DNA of 64,000 bases, taken from assembly GCA_965113315.1 (NCBI GenBank), contig OZ220370.1; one strand, written 5' to 3'. Shown piece by piece: positions 1-11,696 of this stretch (its first letter is position 1; the number at the start of each line of letters is the position of its first letter). A program made the translations under genes and the position numbers. Below the pieces are notes generated by a model. The model was not told the origin of the DNA. It made no database searches and was given only the letters and a program-made list of their open reading frames with translations. This DNA comes from Podarcis vaucheri (taxonomy: Eukaryota).

Positions 1-27
1 AGACACGACTAAACGACTAAACAACAA
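1..27 (+). mobile_element. 3' tail of a Bov-B/RTE LINE, cut by the window edge
   Basis: GACACGACTAAACGACTAAACAACAA; same tail as the Bov-B pieces at 6176 and 42823. Confidence 0.7.
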
Positions 28-232
28 AAAGGGATGTCCCATTGATATAAATAACTAATTCACTCTGGATCCAACCCAATGTTACAATTCTCAATGTTTG
101 CTATCTGAAGGAAATCCACCCACATGGATTTTAACCAAAAAGTAATAGTAGGTGACAAGGAATTTAGTTCTCAGAGCCTTTCCAAACAAGAAAAAACCAC
201 AGCCAGCACAAGGCACTAAAGGAAGATCACTA

Positions 233-447
233 CAGTAGTACCTCAGGTTAAGAACTTAATTCATTCTGGAGGTCCATTCTTAACCTGAAACTGTGCTTAA
301 CCTGAGGTACCACTTTAGCTAATGGGGCCTCCCGCTGCTGCCGCATGATTTCTGTTCTCATCCTGAGGTAAAGTTCTTAACCCGAGGTACTATTTCTGGG
401 TTAGCGGAGTCTGTAATCTGAAGCATCTGTAACCCAAGGTACCACTG
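233..447. mobile_element. Tc1/mariner-type MITE
   Basis: TA|CAGTAGTACCTCAGGTTA...TAACCCAAGGTACCACTG|TA: imperfect TIRs, TA target duplication; near-identical copy at 20006-20231. Confidence 0.85.
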
Positions 448-692
448 TATTAGCAATGACTGCTCCTTCCCCACTCATTTGTCAAGGTTTAAAAAATGAG
501 TACAGGTATATGGCAGATCTGGAATTCAAGTCCAGTTTCCTGGTTCCACCTTCCGAACTCAACATTTGCTATTGTTCAAGAAATTAAGGGTTTTCTTGTT
601 GGTTTTGTTTTTGCTCACCAGAACGCGAACAGGCTATAAGCACATCGGCAGCAACCAAGTCTCAATAGGCTCACTATTAAGCCACGCAGCAC

Positions 693-830
693 TGGAACAT
701 AGGGAAGGGCCTTTTAGTGGGTCAGATCATTGGTCTACCTAGCTCAGCATTGTCTACACACTGACTGACATCAGCTCTCCAATCGGTCTCAAAACAGATG
801 CTCCGATCCTGAGCTACAGTCTTCCCCCAG
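693..830 (-). mobile_element. Degenerate squamate SINE fragment
   Basis: GTCAGATCATTGGTCTACCTAGCTCAGCATTGTCTACAC resembles the copy at ~25040-25190; boundaries approximate. Confidence 0.5.
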
Positions 831-1373
831 CCTCTGATGCTGAGCAAGACTCTCTTAATTTTACAGATCCAGAATGACTAAAGACATATCATCGAAGCCT
901 ACAAAATGAGTACATGACGTCAGAAAATGAATCTGGACCCACCATCAATGTCTATTTAGCACGTAGAAGAGTAGTTCAGTGCATGCACAGAGTTCATGGC
1001 ACCTGTACTAACAAACCTATTCTTTTCTCAAGCAGGAAGATAAAGGCATGGTAAACAGCACACCTGAGCTGGCAAAAAACTGTATTTCAATTGCCTCCCA
1101 TAAAAAACACAAATTCCCAGTATGTGAGATAAAAAGAATTAGCTCTTGGTTCTGAAAACTTACATAATTACTAACTAAACTTGCATATGCACAACACTTC
1201 ACACCTATCAATACATTACTTCAAAAAGAAAATGTCTTTGTTCCATTATTGCCTCCTCTTTTCACTCATATACCTAGTTTTACTTGCAGCTTGATCCTGA
1301 AAGGAGAGCTTAGGCCTATTGATTCCAATGTTCTTAGGTTTATCTAACATTGAATAGGGTCAAGCTAAATTGC

Positions 1374-1463
1374 TGCAATCTTCTGCACACTTACTTGGGA
1401 GAAAGCTCCATTGAACAAAACAAACTTACTTCTAAAAGAAGAGCATGCATGGAATTAGGCTGT
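1374..1463. repeat. Short palindromic MITE-like repeat (CAATCCTA...TAGGATTG family)
   Basis: Hairpin-like dispersed repeat; relatives at ~1935-2026, ~12749-12800, ~19300-19400, 27857-27933. Confidence 0.55.
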
Positions 1464-2240
1464 TAGACCCTTCCTATACCTGCATTCAGACTTTTCCTTA
1501 TTCTTAGTCTTTATACACATACTTGTTTTTCTTTACCAAATAACTTTTTTCTATCATGAACTTTACATTTTCATCATACATACCTGTTTTAATACTCCTA
1601 CAAACACCGCTAGCTTCTTATGTCTTTGCTAACACAGACAAATTGTGCTTTCTACTACTGCTTCAGTCAGACCTACTATGCCCTTCCCCCCAAGTTTTAT
1701 AGAGAGGATGTTGACCAATGAGGAACAGACAAACAAACTGCTACACAGGCCCCTCAATTAACTCATATTTCCATTTTCCAAATGACTCAAGAGCAACAGG
1801 TGGACACACCAGAGATCTGTAGCACACCTGAGAGCAGAGAATTTTTTGGGGTTTGGGTTTTAAATGGAACAAAACTGCATTGGAGGCAGGCAGAGTGACT
1901 CACCTCTCCATTGAAAACAATAACAAACACAGGGTTGTAATCCTGTGGATACTCACTTGGTTGGGAGTAAAGCCCCATTGAACTCAGAGGCACTTGCTTC
2001 TGAATAAACACTAATAGGATTGGGCTGCACAGCTGCTATATCATTCACTCTTAACTGGAAGCAACTCCCATTGAGTAAAGCAGTACTTACTTCTGAGAAT
2101 CCAAATGTGAGCATGGCAATAACAGGAACACATGGAATGGGACAAGTCCACAACCCTGAGAAGTCCTATGCCTAGGAAGGAGCAAAAATGAGTCTGTGTT
2201 GGCTTGAAACCAAACAGCTGCATAAGATAAGCCATTAAGG

Positions 2241-2379
2241 CAGGGATGGGGAACCTGTGGTTCTTCAGATGTTACTGAACTACAACTCCCATCACCCCAG
2301 AGACTACAGCCATATTGGCTGGGGTTGATGGGAATTGGAGTCCAAGAGCATTTGGTGGGTCGCAAGTTCTACATCCCTG
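2241..2379. mobile_element. Palindromic non-autonomous DNA element (hAT-like, CAGGG termini)
   Basis: CAGGGATG...CATCCCTG terminal inverted repeats and internal ACTACAACTCCCATCA / TGATGGGAATTGGAGT arms; decayed copies at ~2870-2980, ~3849-3950, ~4015-4120, ~26020-26135. Confidence 0.65.
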
Positions 2380-2504
2380 CCTTAAGTCTTGCCACACACA
2401 GAGAGAAGCTCTCAGATTTGAGCAAACAGGATTTCATAAAGCAGGAGGGTTGGAGAAACACTAGATAGAATAAAATAAAGATGAGCTCTGGCCCGCAGAG
2501 GAGG

Positions 2505-2864
2505 GGTAAAGGTAAAGGTAAAGGGACCCCTGACCATTAGGTCCAGTCGTGACTGACTCTGGGGTTGCAGCGCTCATCTCGCTTTATTGGCTGAGGGAGC
2601 CGGCGTACAGCTTCTGGGTCATGTGGCCAGCATGACTAAGCCGCTTCTGGCGAACCAGAGCAGCGCACGAAAATGCAATTTACCTTCCTGCCGGAGCAGT
2701 ACCTATTTATCTACTTGCACTTTGACGTGCTTTCGAACTGCTAGGTTGGCAGGATCAAGGACTGAACAATGGGAGCTCACCCTGTCGCGGAGATTCGAAC
2801 CGCTGACCTTCTGATCGGCAAGTCCTAGGCTCTGTGGTTTAACCCACAGCGCCACCCGCGTCCC
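2505..2864 (-). mobile_element. Sauria SINE, full length
   Basis: Minus strand starts GGGACGCGGGTGGCGCTGTGG (A box), has GGTTCGAATC (B box) and ends in (ACCTTT)n; imperfect flanking duplication CAGAG(G/C)AGGGGTA. Confidence 0.9.
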
Positions 2865-4359
2865 ACCAGAGCAGGGGTAGCCTCCATATTTTCCCATCAG
2901 CCCCAGCCAGCATGGCCAATGGTCAGGGATGATGGGAGTTGTACTCCCAACAGTATCTGGAGAGCACCAGCTACTTCTGTCATAGAGGAACCAACGAACA
3001 AGCTCTGCTGTCTGCTGCTCACCTCTGTTCAGATGAACAGTGTTGGGAGGGCAGACTGTATAATAATATAAAAGGAAATGTGGTGTACACATCCAGGATG
3101 ATGGAGGCTGGCTTGAAGGGTGAGGCAGCAGCAAATAAAGCAGCTTTGCCACTCCTCCTGCCCTCACCAGATCTAAGGAATCCAGCTCAGCATTTCTACT
3201 TATGCCCACTTTACTGACTTTCCAAAGGCATTTCAGAACACCCCTAGCTGTCTGTGCAAACCTATGCCAGCCTCACTTGAAGAGAGAAACACTCTCCCTG
3301 ATTCACTCAGGACTTGGCGTGACACACACATGTGAAGCATGAAGACTCTGGTGTAGTCTGTGGCAGGAAGCATGCTTGCTCTCAACAACCTTTCTCAGTT
3401 TGTTTTGTAACTTGAGAAAATATTTAATAAAAACTAATAAAAAATAAAAACAACCTTTCTCAAATCTCCGTTGGCAGATGGTGGGGTTCAGGACAGGGGA
3501 ACCATAGTGACTCATTGAAGAATGGAACTGTATTTATTATTTAATTTTTTAAAAAATTATATACCACTTGACTGGGAGGGGGGGCTCAAAGCAGTTTACA
3601 TGCTACCCTGCACCCTCTAAGCTCGCCAGTGGTCACCATCATGTCAGTCATGAATTAAGGTTCAGCTGTATGTGGAAGGGAGGAGACACCTTTTTGACCT
3701 TTGACTCAGGAAGGAAAATGTCCTGGGCTGTCCATACCAGACTACAGCTCAAGAATGCAGTGGTGAAATTCTGTTTCTTCTCCATCCTCACTGCCAGAGA
3801 GTAAGCTTGATAATGGTTGTATTCAGTTTTCTGGCACCTGTGTTTGAGCCAGGAGTCGGCAACCTCATTAGGCCTATTGGATTTTTGATCAAGTGATGGG
3901 GCTGCCACCCACTCTGGTCTAGATGTTATTGGACTCCAGTTCCCATCAGCTGTGTCTGCTAGAATCTTATTACTACTATATTTACAAAATATCTCAAGAT
4001 CAGGTACAGTCAATGTGCCCTTCAGATGCTATAGGTCTGCCATCAACTAGCATTTCCAATAGTAAGCAATAAGGGTAGTTGCAGTCCAGCAACATCTGGA
4101 AGGCCACAGATTTTTTGCCCATTTAAAGTTATGCAGGGCACTCCCATATGCCAAGCAGATTATATCCACACAGGAACCTCAACAACCTTGGACAGGCATT
4201 AGAAGCACACATCCCCATTTACTACTGGGAAACTTTTGTCCTGGCCTTCAATATTGCCTCTCAGGGCTTCAATCTGTACCCCACCCACCCACTCTTTGAA
4301 TAGAAAGTACGGTAATAGTGAAACAGGTCTTTGTACTTCAAATACTCACTGGGAACCAG

Positions 4360-4490
4360 AATAGAATCATAGAATTGAAAGGGAACCTGAGGATTATCTA
4401 GTCCAACACCTGCAATGCAGGAATATGCAGCTTTCCCTTACAGGGGTTTGGCGTTACCACCATGCTCTTAACCAACTGAGCTATCCCAGC
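4360..4490 (-). mobile_element. tRNA-headed SINE with CR1-like tail
   Basis: Minus strand begins GCTGGGATAGCTCAGTTGGTTAAGAGCATGG and ends TTCTATGATTCTAT; related copy at ~40520-40660. Confidence 0.65.
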
Positions 4491-4515
4491 TGCCTAGATA
4501 TAGAACTATGAGTTA

Positions 4516-4876
4516 CAGTGGTGCCTTGCAAGACGAAAAGAATCCGTTCGGCAAGTCTCTTCATCTTGCGGTTTTTTCGTCTTGCGAAAGCAAGCCCATT
4601 AGCGGCTTAGCGGATCAGCTGATAAGCGGTTTAGCGGATCAGCTGATAAGTGGCTTAGCGGATCAGCTGCTAAGCGGCTTAGCTGATAAGCCGCTTAGGA
4701 TCAGCTGATAAGCGGCTTAGCGGCTTGGGAAAAGGGGGGGGGGACCCGCAAGACATTTTCATCTTGCGAAGCAAGCCCATAGGAAATTCGTTTTGCGAAG
4801 CACCTCCAAAACGGAAAACCCTTTCGTCTAGCGGGTTTTCCGTCTTGCGAGGCGTTCGTCTTGCGGGGCACCACAG
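4516..4876. mobile_element. Tc1/mariner-type MITE with internal minisatellite
   Basis: TA|CAGTGGTGCCTTGCAAGACGAA...TTCGTCTTGCGGGGCACCACAG|TA TIRs and TA TSD. Confidence 0.85.
4601..4725. repeat. 24-bp tandem repeat, about 5 units
   Basis: Unit AGCGGCTTAGCGGATCAGCTGATA directly visible. Confidence 0.9.
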
Positions 4877-6175
4877 TACAGTTTTTATCAGTTTGACTTG
4901 CAGAGGGCAGGTGATGCAGATAATCTTGACATTACTATTTCCCTATCAACCATGAACTATAGGGATTTCAAAGTTCATCTTGGGTTCAAAGCTGCATCCC
5001 TTTGTTGGAAACCAATGAATGTGTATCTACAGAAAGCATAATCCATGCTGAAAAGCCCTATCTCAGTGTTTTAAAATTGAGGAACCAGACGCCTGCAGAG
5101 ATGCAACAGATCAGAAAGCAGACGCCTGAGGAATGGTATGGCAGAGAGAACTCAATTGTGCAATGCTGCGAACTCTTTAGGATTCAGCTCTCACCATTAG
5201 CTGTAGACTAACTTCCAACAAGCGTTCCTGGAAAAAACAATTCCCCATCCATAATACTTAACCCATCTACATGCATCAATTCTTGACCTGTCCAGGAGCT
5301 GCAGGACCATTCATCAGATGCCCAAGTTTTAAAAGAACCACAAAGGATGCTTTTCAATAGCTTCCACCAGGAAACTATCTTGATAACTTTTTTCAGAAGT
5401 GCTTAATGCTACATTTTGTGTGTTTCCAATGGTGCATAACTTCTTACAAATAAGCAAGAGTAAAATATATATTCCAATGTGGAGGGAAACCCTAAAGGAT
5501 CACCTTTAAATAAATAAATTATACTTTGGGATAGCAAAATAGCCTTTTGAATTTTTATCCACAAACTAGGTGCATGTTCTGCATCTTAAGTGCAGGCTAA
5601 CCAAGGTATGTATTCAGTGTGGATTACTGGAGGTTAAAAATCACCCAAATTGTAGCTAGCTGACTTACCTGGACTTGAGCCTTTCATTGCTACCATCTGA
5701 AGTGTTCTTGTATAAAATAAAAAAACTTTAGAACTTCTCTTGTTGGATAAAACACACAAATGCTACTTCTAAACTGAATGCACACCCTTGCATTGGTGTT
5801 TCACCTTAAACTTACAAATACACACAAAAATACTGTGCTTTTACAATTGCAGCTGTTCTCCAGCAGAGGGCATTAGCAAATGCCTTCTCCCTCATTCTCA
5901 ATCAAACGTTAAGTTAAATGTAGCCCTCTAATTTTCAGCCTCCTACATAGCCATGATTTATTGTAACTCCTTACAAGCACTGGTCCAGGCCTAAAATTCC
6001 ATTTAGCATTCTTGTATATTTTGAATAAAAAGACTTCAGTGACTTTTTACGTCCAATGTGCTATGTCAAACTGTGAACACTGTGTATTGAAGGATGCTTA
6101 ATTTCATGTTAATGTTACTGATTTCCACTTCCTTGTCACATGTAATGAAGTCCAATAAACAAACACTAGATTTGG

Positions 6176-6348
6176 GAAAGATGGAGGGCACAAAAAGAAG
6201 GGGACGGCAGAGGACGAGATGGTTGGACAGTGTTCTCGAAGGTACCAACCTGAGTTTGACCAAACTGCAGGAGGCAGTGGAAGACAGGAGTGCCTGGCGT
6301 GCTCTGGTCCATGGGGTCACGAAGAGTCGGACATGACAAAACAACAGC
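6176..6348 (+). mobile_element. 5'-truncated Bov-B (RTE) LINE 3' end
   Basis: Encodes GKMEGTKRRGRQRTRWLDSV...AWRALVHGVTKSRT (Bov-B ORF C-terminus), (CAA)n-type tail, 8-bp TSD AGATTTGG at 6168-6175 and 6349-6356. Confidence 0.9.
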
Positions 6349-6743
6349 AGATTTGGCTCCTGGAGGCAAGAATGCAACTCCCAAACTAGCCAGATATACC
6401 AACAAACTTCTTGTGATACAAGACTTTGGTTCAAGTGCTACACAGTTAACGCTGACTATATACATGATCAACAGGAGGAACCTAGCACATAATTACATAC
6501 TAAAAACAAGAACAAACCAATAACCCCCTCCCTTAACCCCACCTAGTCTACTCACACTGGTATGCTTCATTTGTTGAATGAGTTCTAAAAATCAGTTTAA
6601 ACAGAGATCTCTTACCTACCTGATAATTACATACTTTGTAGGCTTTTTAATTGTGGACAAGTAGAGGCTTTTGATACTAATCATAATTAAAGCAGGAACA
6701 CTGCCATAAAGCACACAAGAAAAAGTAAAAGTTGATATTAACT

Positions 6744-6749
6744 TTTATT
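6744..6749 (-). terminator. RPS20: RPS20 polyadenylation signal AATAAA
   Basis: AATAAA 18 nt after the stop codon, followed by a U/GU-rich downstream tract. Confidence 0.85.
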
Positions 6750-6767
6750 GAAGCAGATGACAATCAT

Positions 6768-6950
<183 letters not shown>

Positions 6951-7792
6951 CTAAAATGTGAGTAAAATGTTTATTTTATATATTTAGCAAGATTAATTAA
7001 AAAAATGAGGTATTTACATAAAATATTCATTCAAAATAGAGATAAACAGACATTAAAACATTAGGTGTAATAAAATTATCAAAATATACATAAAACCAAA
7101 TAAATATACATATTAAAGGCCTGCCTTTGAGAAAAATGGGGTGGGGTGGGGTTGCAAGCATAAAAAACAATACAACCAAGTACCTTCCCTAATATCAATA
7201 GACAAGGCATTTCAGAGATTAGTTGCTGTCACACCAAAATATTCCTTGAACTCAAGGAATGAACATGATGTGACACTTGCTTAATGCTATGTTAGATGTC
7301 TATAGAGCTTTGCAGAAACTTGCATCCCTGGGGAAATCAAGGAGATAATAGAGCAGTTGATCGACATTGCCTCAGTAAATAGCCTCATTATGAAGGACTG
7401 AAGAGTTTACAAGCATCATATTGCTATGTTGACTTACCAGTAACTACAGACTCATTTATACCACACTACCGTAGCATCTTTAGTTAAAGACAGGTACCAG
7501 AGGTGCTTACCAGATAGTTCCCAGTTCAGGTACTATGTTGCAGCCTGTTTGGTGCGTTTTAAACCTTTACAACATTGGGGGGGGGGGGGTGCGCGCAAGG
7601 AGTTGTATGTACCTTTTAATGTTTATACACCTCTAACTTATTTTAAAAAAACATCTATTCAGTACTATACCACACATTACTATACTAGTTCTATCTCCTT
7701 CTCCATCCCTAACCAATGTATTCACTACAAAGCAAGTAAAATATGATGCAATGATAGGCCTTATTAAGAGGATCTTCCATCTGTAAAAGCTA

Positions 7793-7963
<171 letters not shown>

Positions 7964-8029
7964 TTAGTTTTTTAAAAGTTGTGTGTTCATCAGTTAAAAA
8001 AAAAAAGCACTATAAAAAAGAATTACAAG

Positions 8030-8096
8030 TGTTGGCTCAGAATAGCGTATAAATTAATCAAAGTAGTTCAGTGCACTTTTGTCCTCATAGCCAACA
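8030..8096 (-). ncRNA. SNORD54: Box C/D snoRNA U54 in RPS20 intron 2
   Basis: 8-bp terminal stem TGTTGGCT/AGCCAACA, box C variant ATGAGGA, box D CTGA, guide TATACGCTATT complementary to 18S rRNA AAUAGCGUAUA; ~80 nt upstream of the 3' splice site; RPS20 is the known U54 host. Confidence 0.95.
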
Positions 8097-8613
8097 AATG
8101 TAGATAAAAATTTCCTCCTGTGAAATTGCCAATGCAACAACTGACTAGAAGAGACGACAATTTAGGATAACCAATTTCATTGCTCTCTTTTCTATGTATC
8201 TTAAGGGGCACCATTCTCAAATTTCATAGACATCCCCACTGCAAACATTTTAACTTATGCAACACAAAAATTACCTCAATCAACATAGACTTTATCCCCA
8301 CCCCTGCACTTAAAATATGGAAGCAAACCGGATGGTACAAACATGCAACTCTACCTCAATAAGAAAGATAGCAAACTTCAACAGACCACAACTAATGAGT
8401 CTATAGAAGAGTCCTTAATCCCCCAATTTCAACTGAAATCGTCATTAATCAAGTATGTCCTCACCATTTTTAAACATTAACAGCTCAATACGATGTCATA
8501 AGGCCCAATGAAATCAATGGGCTTAGAAGAACCAAACTGTACAGGATGAAACTGCCAAAACAGAAAATTGGGTGGGAAAGTGCACAGACTCCTGCCAGCC
8601 ATTTAGAATTTAA

Positions 8614-8657
8614 CCACATTTGGAATACTGAAGTGACCACATTTGGAATACTGAAGA
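8614..8657. repeat. Short tandem duplication
   Basis: ACCACATTTGGAATACTGAAG occurs twice, back to back. Confidence 0.8.
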
Positions 8658-8671
8658 CAGATTTGGTCGCT

Positions 8672-9140
8672 TCACCTTAGAAATGATATGGGAGAGTAGG
8701 AAAAGGTGCAGAAAAGGGCAACCAATATGATCAAGGAGAGGAGAAATTTCCCCAAAGAAAGGTTACAGCAACTATGGCTTTTTAGTTTACAAAAAAGGAG
8801 AGTATGAGGCGACATGACAGAAGTGTTTAAAATCATGCATGGCATAGAAAAGGTTTTCTTCATGCTCTGATAACACTAGAATCCACAGGCATTCAATGAA
8901 ACTGAATGGTGGAAGATTCAGGACAGGCAGAAGTATTTCTTCATACAGCGCATAGTTATGGAATTTGTTCCCACAGGAGGTGGTGATGGCCACCCATTTA
9001 GATGCCTCTGAAAGAGGATTAGACAAAGAAGATAAGGCTATCGATGGCTGAACTATGCCTCTGAATATGCACCCAGGTCCTGCCTGTGGGTTTCCAATGT
9101 GAGACCAGGATGCTGAACCAGATGGGTCACTGGACTGATC
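8672..9140 (+). mobile_element. Decayed CR1 LINE 3' end in RPS20 intron 2
   Basis: Remnants of EKVQKRATNMIK / GDMTEVFKIMHG / GHSMKLNGGRFRT...YFF; similar to ~47110-47880; boundaries approximate. Confidence 0.8.
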
Positions 9141-9173
9141 TATCAGGGTTAGATCCTATCAGCTATTTTGCTA

Positions 9174-9314
<141 letters not shown>

Positions 9315-10324
9315 TCATTTGATGCTAGTTTTGCAACCTCAAAAACTAATTCAAATCAATCTTTAAAATCATAAATAAGATCTACCGCACATATTAGACT
9401 CTTTCCCTCCACCATTACTGTACCAAGCAGAAATGAAGCATTTAGCACTCTGCACATCATCAAACAGTAACCACACATGGGAAGGCAATTTCTGTATCAC
9501 CTTTACAACAGCAACTCAAACTCAAGCATTAATTGATGTATCTTGGCCTTTTGTGAATAGGAATAAGTATATTTACACTTTCAGTGCCAAAGAACAAAAT
9601 CCCCAGGATACTCAGTAAAGAGTAACTTTGTAGGCGTACAAGTATTTGTCATGAAAGGCGTCCCATAACCGACATCTCAATATAGGACTGCACAAAAAGC
9701 TTTTACTCACCACTTGGGCTCTTTTAAAAGACCCATGCAATACACCACGTGCCCCTTGCATTTTAAATTGGGATCTAGCAAACCTTATTCACTGACTACA
9801 AAACTGCAAGTTTGGTGACTGAGATGAAGAGCTATTTATTTTCATAATGCATGTCCTGCTCTTTTAACAAAATGTTCCATGTAGTAAGAAACAAAAAAAG
9901 TAAAACAGCAGCAAAAACATATATAACAAGAGCCCCAGTGGACAACGAAATCGAAAGTGTTCAAAGTTAAGAATCTTTGAAAACATCTCTCCACCCCGCG
10001 AGTTAACAGCGAAGAAAGAGGCCTTTTCTCTGTAGCACGTGGGCACAGCCGTCCTACTTGGTTATAAACCTCGGTATAACCAAGCAGCCGCAAATCGCTA
10101 TTTTGCGCAGCCCGATCCTATCTATGCATAAGTATTTACTCGCAAATGCGACTTTGTTCCGCGGGGTTTACTTCCCGAGAGATGCAGCTAAAACGGCATT
10201 AAAGCTTGATCTGGTAAAGATACCGAGAACATCAAAATGGGATCTTACGCGTGCCTCCTAACAGCAGAAGCCCCATCTTTCTCGAGGCGCGGGAATGGTA
10301 ACGTATCATCCCCGCCTATTACCA

Positions 10325-10448
10325 TTATTTATCCAAGTTGTATACCGCCCTTTTTCGTAAGATCGCAGGGCGGTGCACAACATAAAAACTACAAAACGGA
10401 AACAGAAAAATACGTAATAAAAACAAGAACGAACCAATAACCCCCTCC
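10325..10448 (-). mobile_element. L2-type LINE 3' tail fragment
   Basis: Same family as ~58125-58245, ~6490-6530 and the + strand tail at ~50860-50970. Confidence 0.65.
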
Positions 10449-10681
10449 CCGAAAGAGGGCCCGCCTCTACCCACGGAGGGCTTTTAATGAGGCATAAAGG
10501 AAAGAAGAACCGAGGAGAGCCACGACCTCGGAGCAGCTCGTGAGAGCGCACGCGCGAGGTGGGGGGGTTGGGGAGGGGGCCTTAGGCGCAACCGTTAAAT
10601 TCGAACGTCTCCCACATCCATGGCAACCCGTCGGCGCGAGGGCTCTTTCCCGCGCGACCCCTGAGGCCCAGTCTCCCTCAC

Positions 10682-10684
10682 CAT
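10682..10684 (-). CDS. RPS20: RPS20 coding exon 1 (ATG only)
   Basis: GCGGCC ATG|gtgagg; splices in frame to exon 2. Confidence 0.95.
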
Positions 10685-10789
10685 GGCCGCCGCGGAGCCT
10701 TCCTGACCGACTTATTCCTGGCCGAAGCGCGCGAGGCCCGGGGAACAGCGGTGAGTCAGGAAACAAGCGCCTCGCCGAGACACGGACGC

Positions 10790-10825
10790 AAAGAGGGCGG
10801 GTGGCGAGGCGGCGCGGGCTTTATA
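10790..10825 (-). promoter_or_regulatory. RPS20: RPS20 core promoter: TATA box and TCT/5'TOP initiator
   Basis: TATAAA at 10825-10820, pyrimidine tract CCCTCTTT at 10797-10790; 5'UTR runs from ~10795 to 10685. Confidence 0.85.
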
Positions 10826-11696
10826 GGCTCGCCGAGCCACACACGCCCCGCCCCTTTCTCCCCCCACTTCGCCCCGGAACCGATTCGGGTGGATGGATGG
10901 GGAGGAGAAGCGGCGAGGGCGAGGGCTGGGCCTGCGAAGCGAGGCAGGGGCGGAAGTTGTTCTTCAGGGCGGCGGCGGGTCGGGGTAGGGAGGGTAGCCG
11001 CCATGGCTGTGCGATGGGCTTTAGGCTTATGCCGGTAGCCGGGTCCTTTTCCCCGAGGGAAAGCGTAGGATCTCCCTTCTGTCATTTCCCCCTTTATTCC
11101 GGCAAGAAGGAAAGGAAACTCTAAATCCTTCCTTCTGAAATGTGGAATTTCCGATTGATCCAGAATAAGACACTCCCGCCCCCCTCCATCGAAGGGTAAA
11201 CATATACAGTAGTAGTGTACTCACAAGGCGTCTTCTGCTGTGGCTTTTGCTGCTCTGATTTGCTGCTCTGCAGTTTACCCAGGATGCCAAGCCTCGTCTG
11301 TCAAGTTAGAATTTGGCCCCGGAACCTCCCTTGCCCCCTTTTAAACTATTTATCTATATCTCTAGCTCCAGGCTGCCTTCCATTTCAGCAGTGATTGACT
11401 CCGATCAGCCCCGCTCATAGAATCAATATACTGTAATTGTAGAGATGGAAGGCACCTGTGTTAACCACGTTGCTGGAGTTAGGGGGAAGGAACCCCCACT
11501 GAAGCCGATGATGCTTAACGCCCAAACAAGCATGCATGGAATTACTCCATTGAGCGCTGGTTTTACTCCCTCAAATGCTCAGAGACCAAAGCTTTGTTTC
11601 AAAGATACTCTGGGTCAACCAATCTGTTTTAGAGTGATCGAACCCACAGCATTCTTAGACTTGCAGTCTTAAGACTTCCACTTACTTAGATGTAAT

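Larger units (their letters stand above)
9940..11100. promoter_or_regulatory. RPS20: CpG island over the RPS20 promoter, exon 1 and start of intron 1
   Basis: Dense CpG/GC against an AT-rich background; GC boxes (GGGGCGG) and an ETS core (CGGAAGT, ~10951). Confidence 0.9.

Noticed and set aside
2703-3209. 168-aa ORF
   Set aside because: Runs through a Sauria SINE and a palindromic repeat; the same peptide appears at other SINE copies.
4440-4490. tRNA-like sequence
   Set aside because: Head of a SINE; no full cloverleaf or intact B box.
4508-4708. ORF with (ISGLADQL)n repeats; superficially CRISPR-like array
   Set aside because: Translation of a 24-bp minisatellite in a MITE; no spacers; eukaryotic DNA.
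10467-11124. Long GC-rich ORFs (99-194 aa) over the RPS20 promoter
   Set aside because: Stop-poor CpG-island artefacts; low-complexity Arg/Gly/Pro, no recognisable domain.
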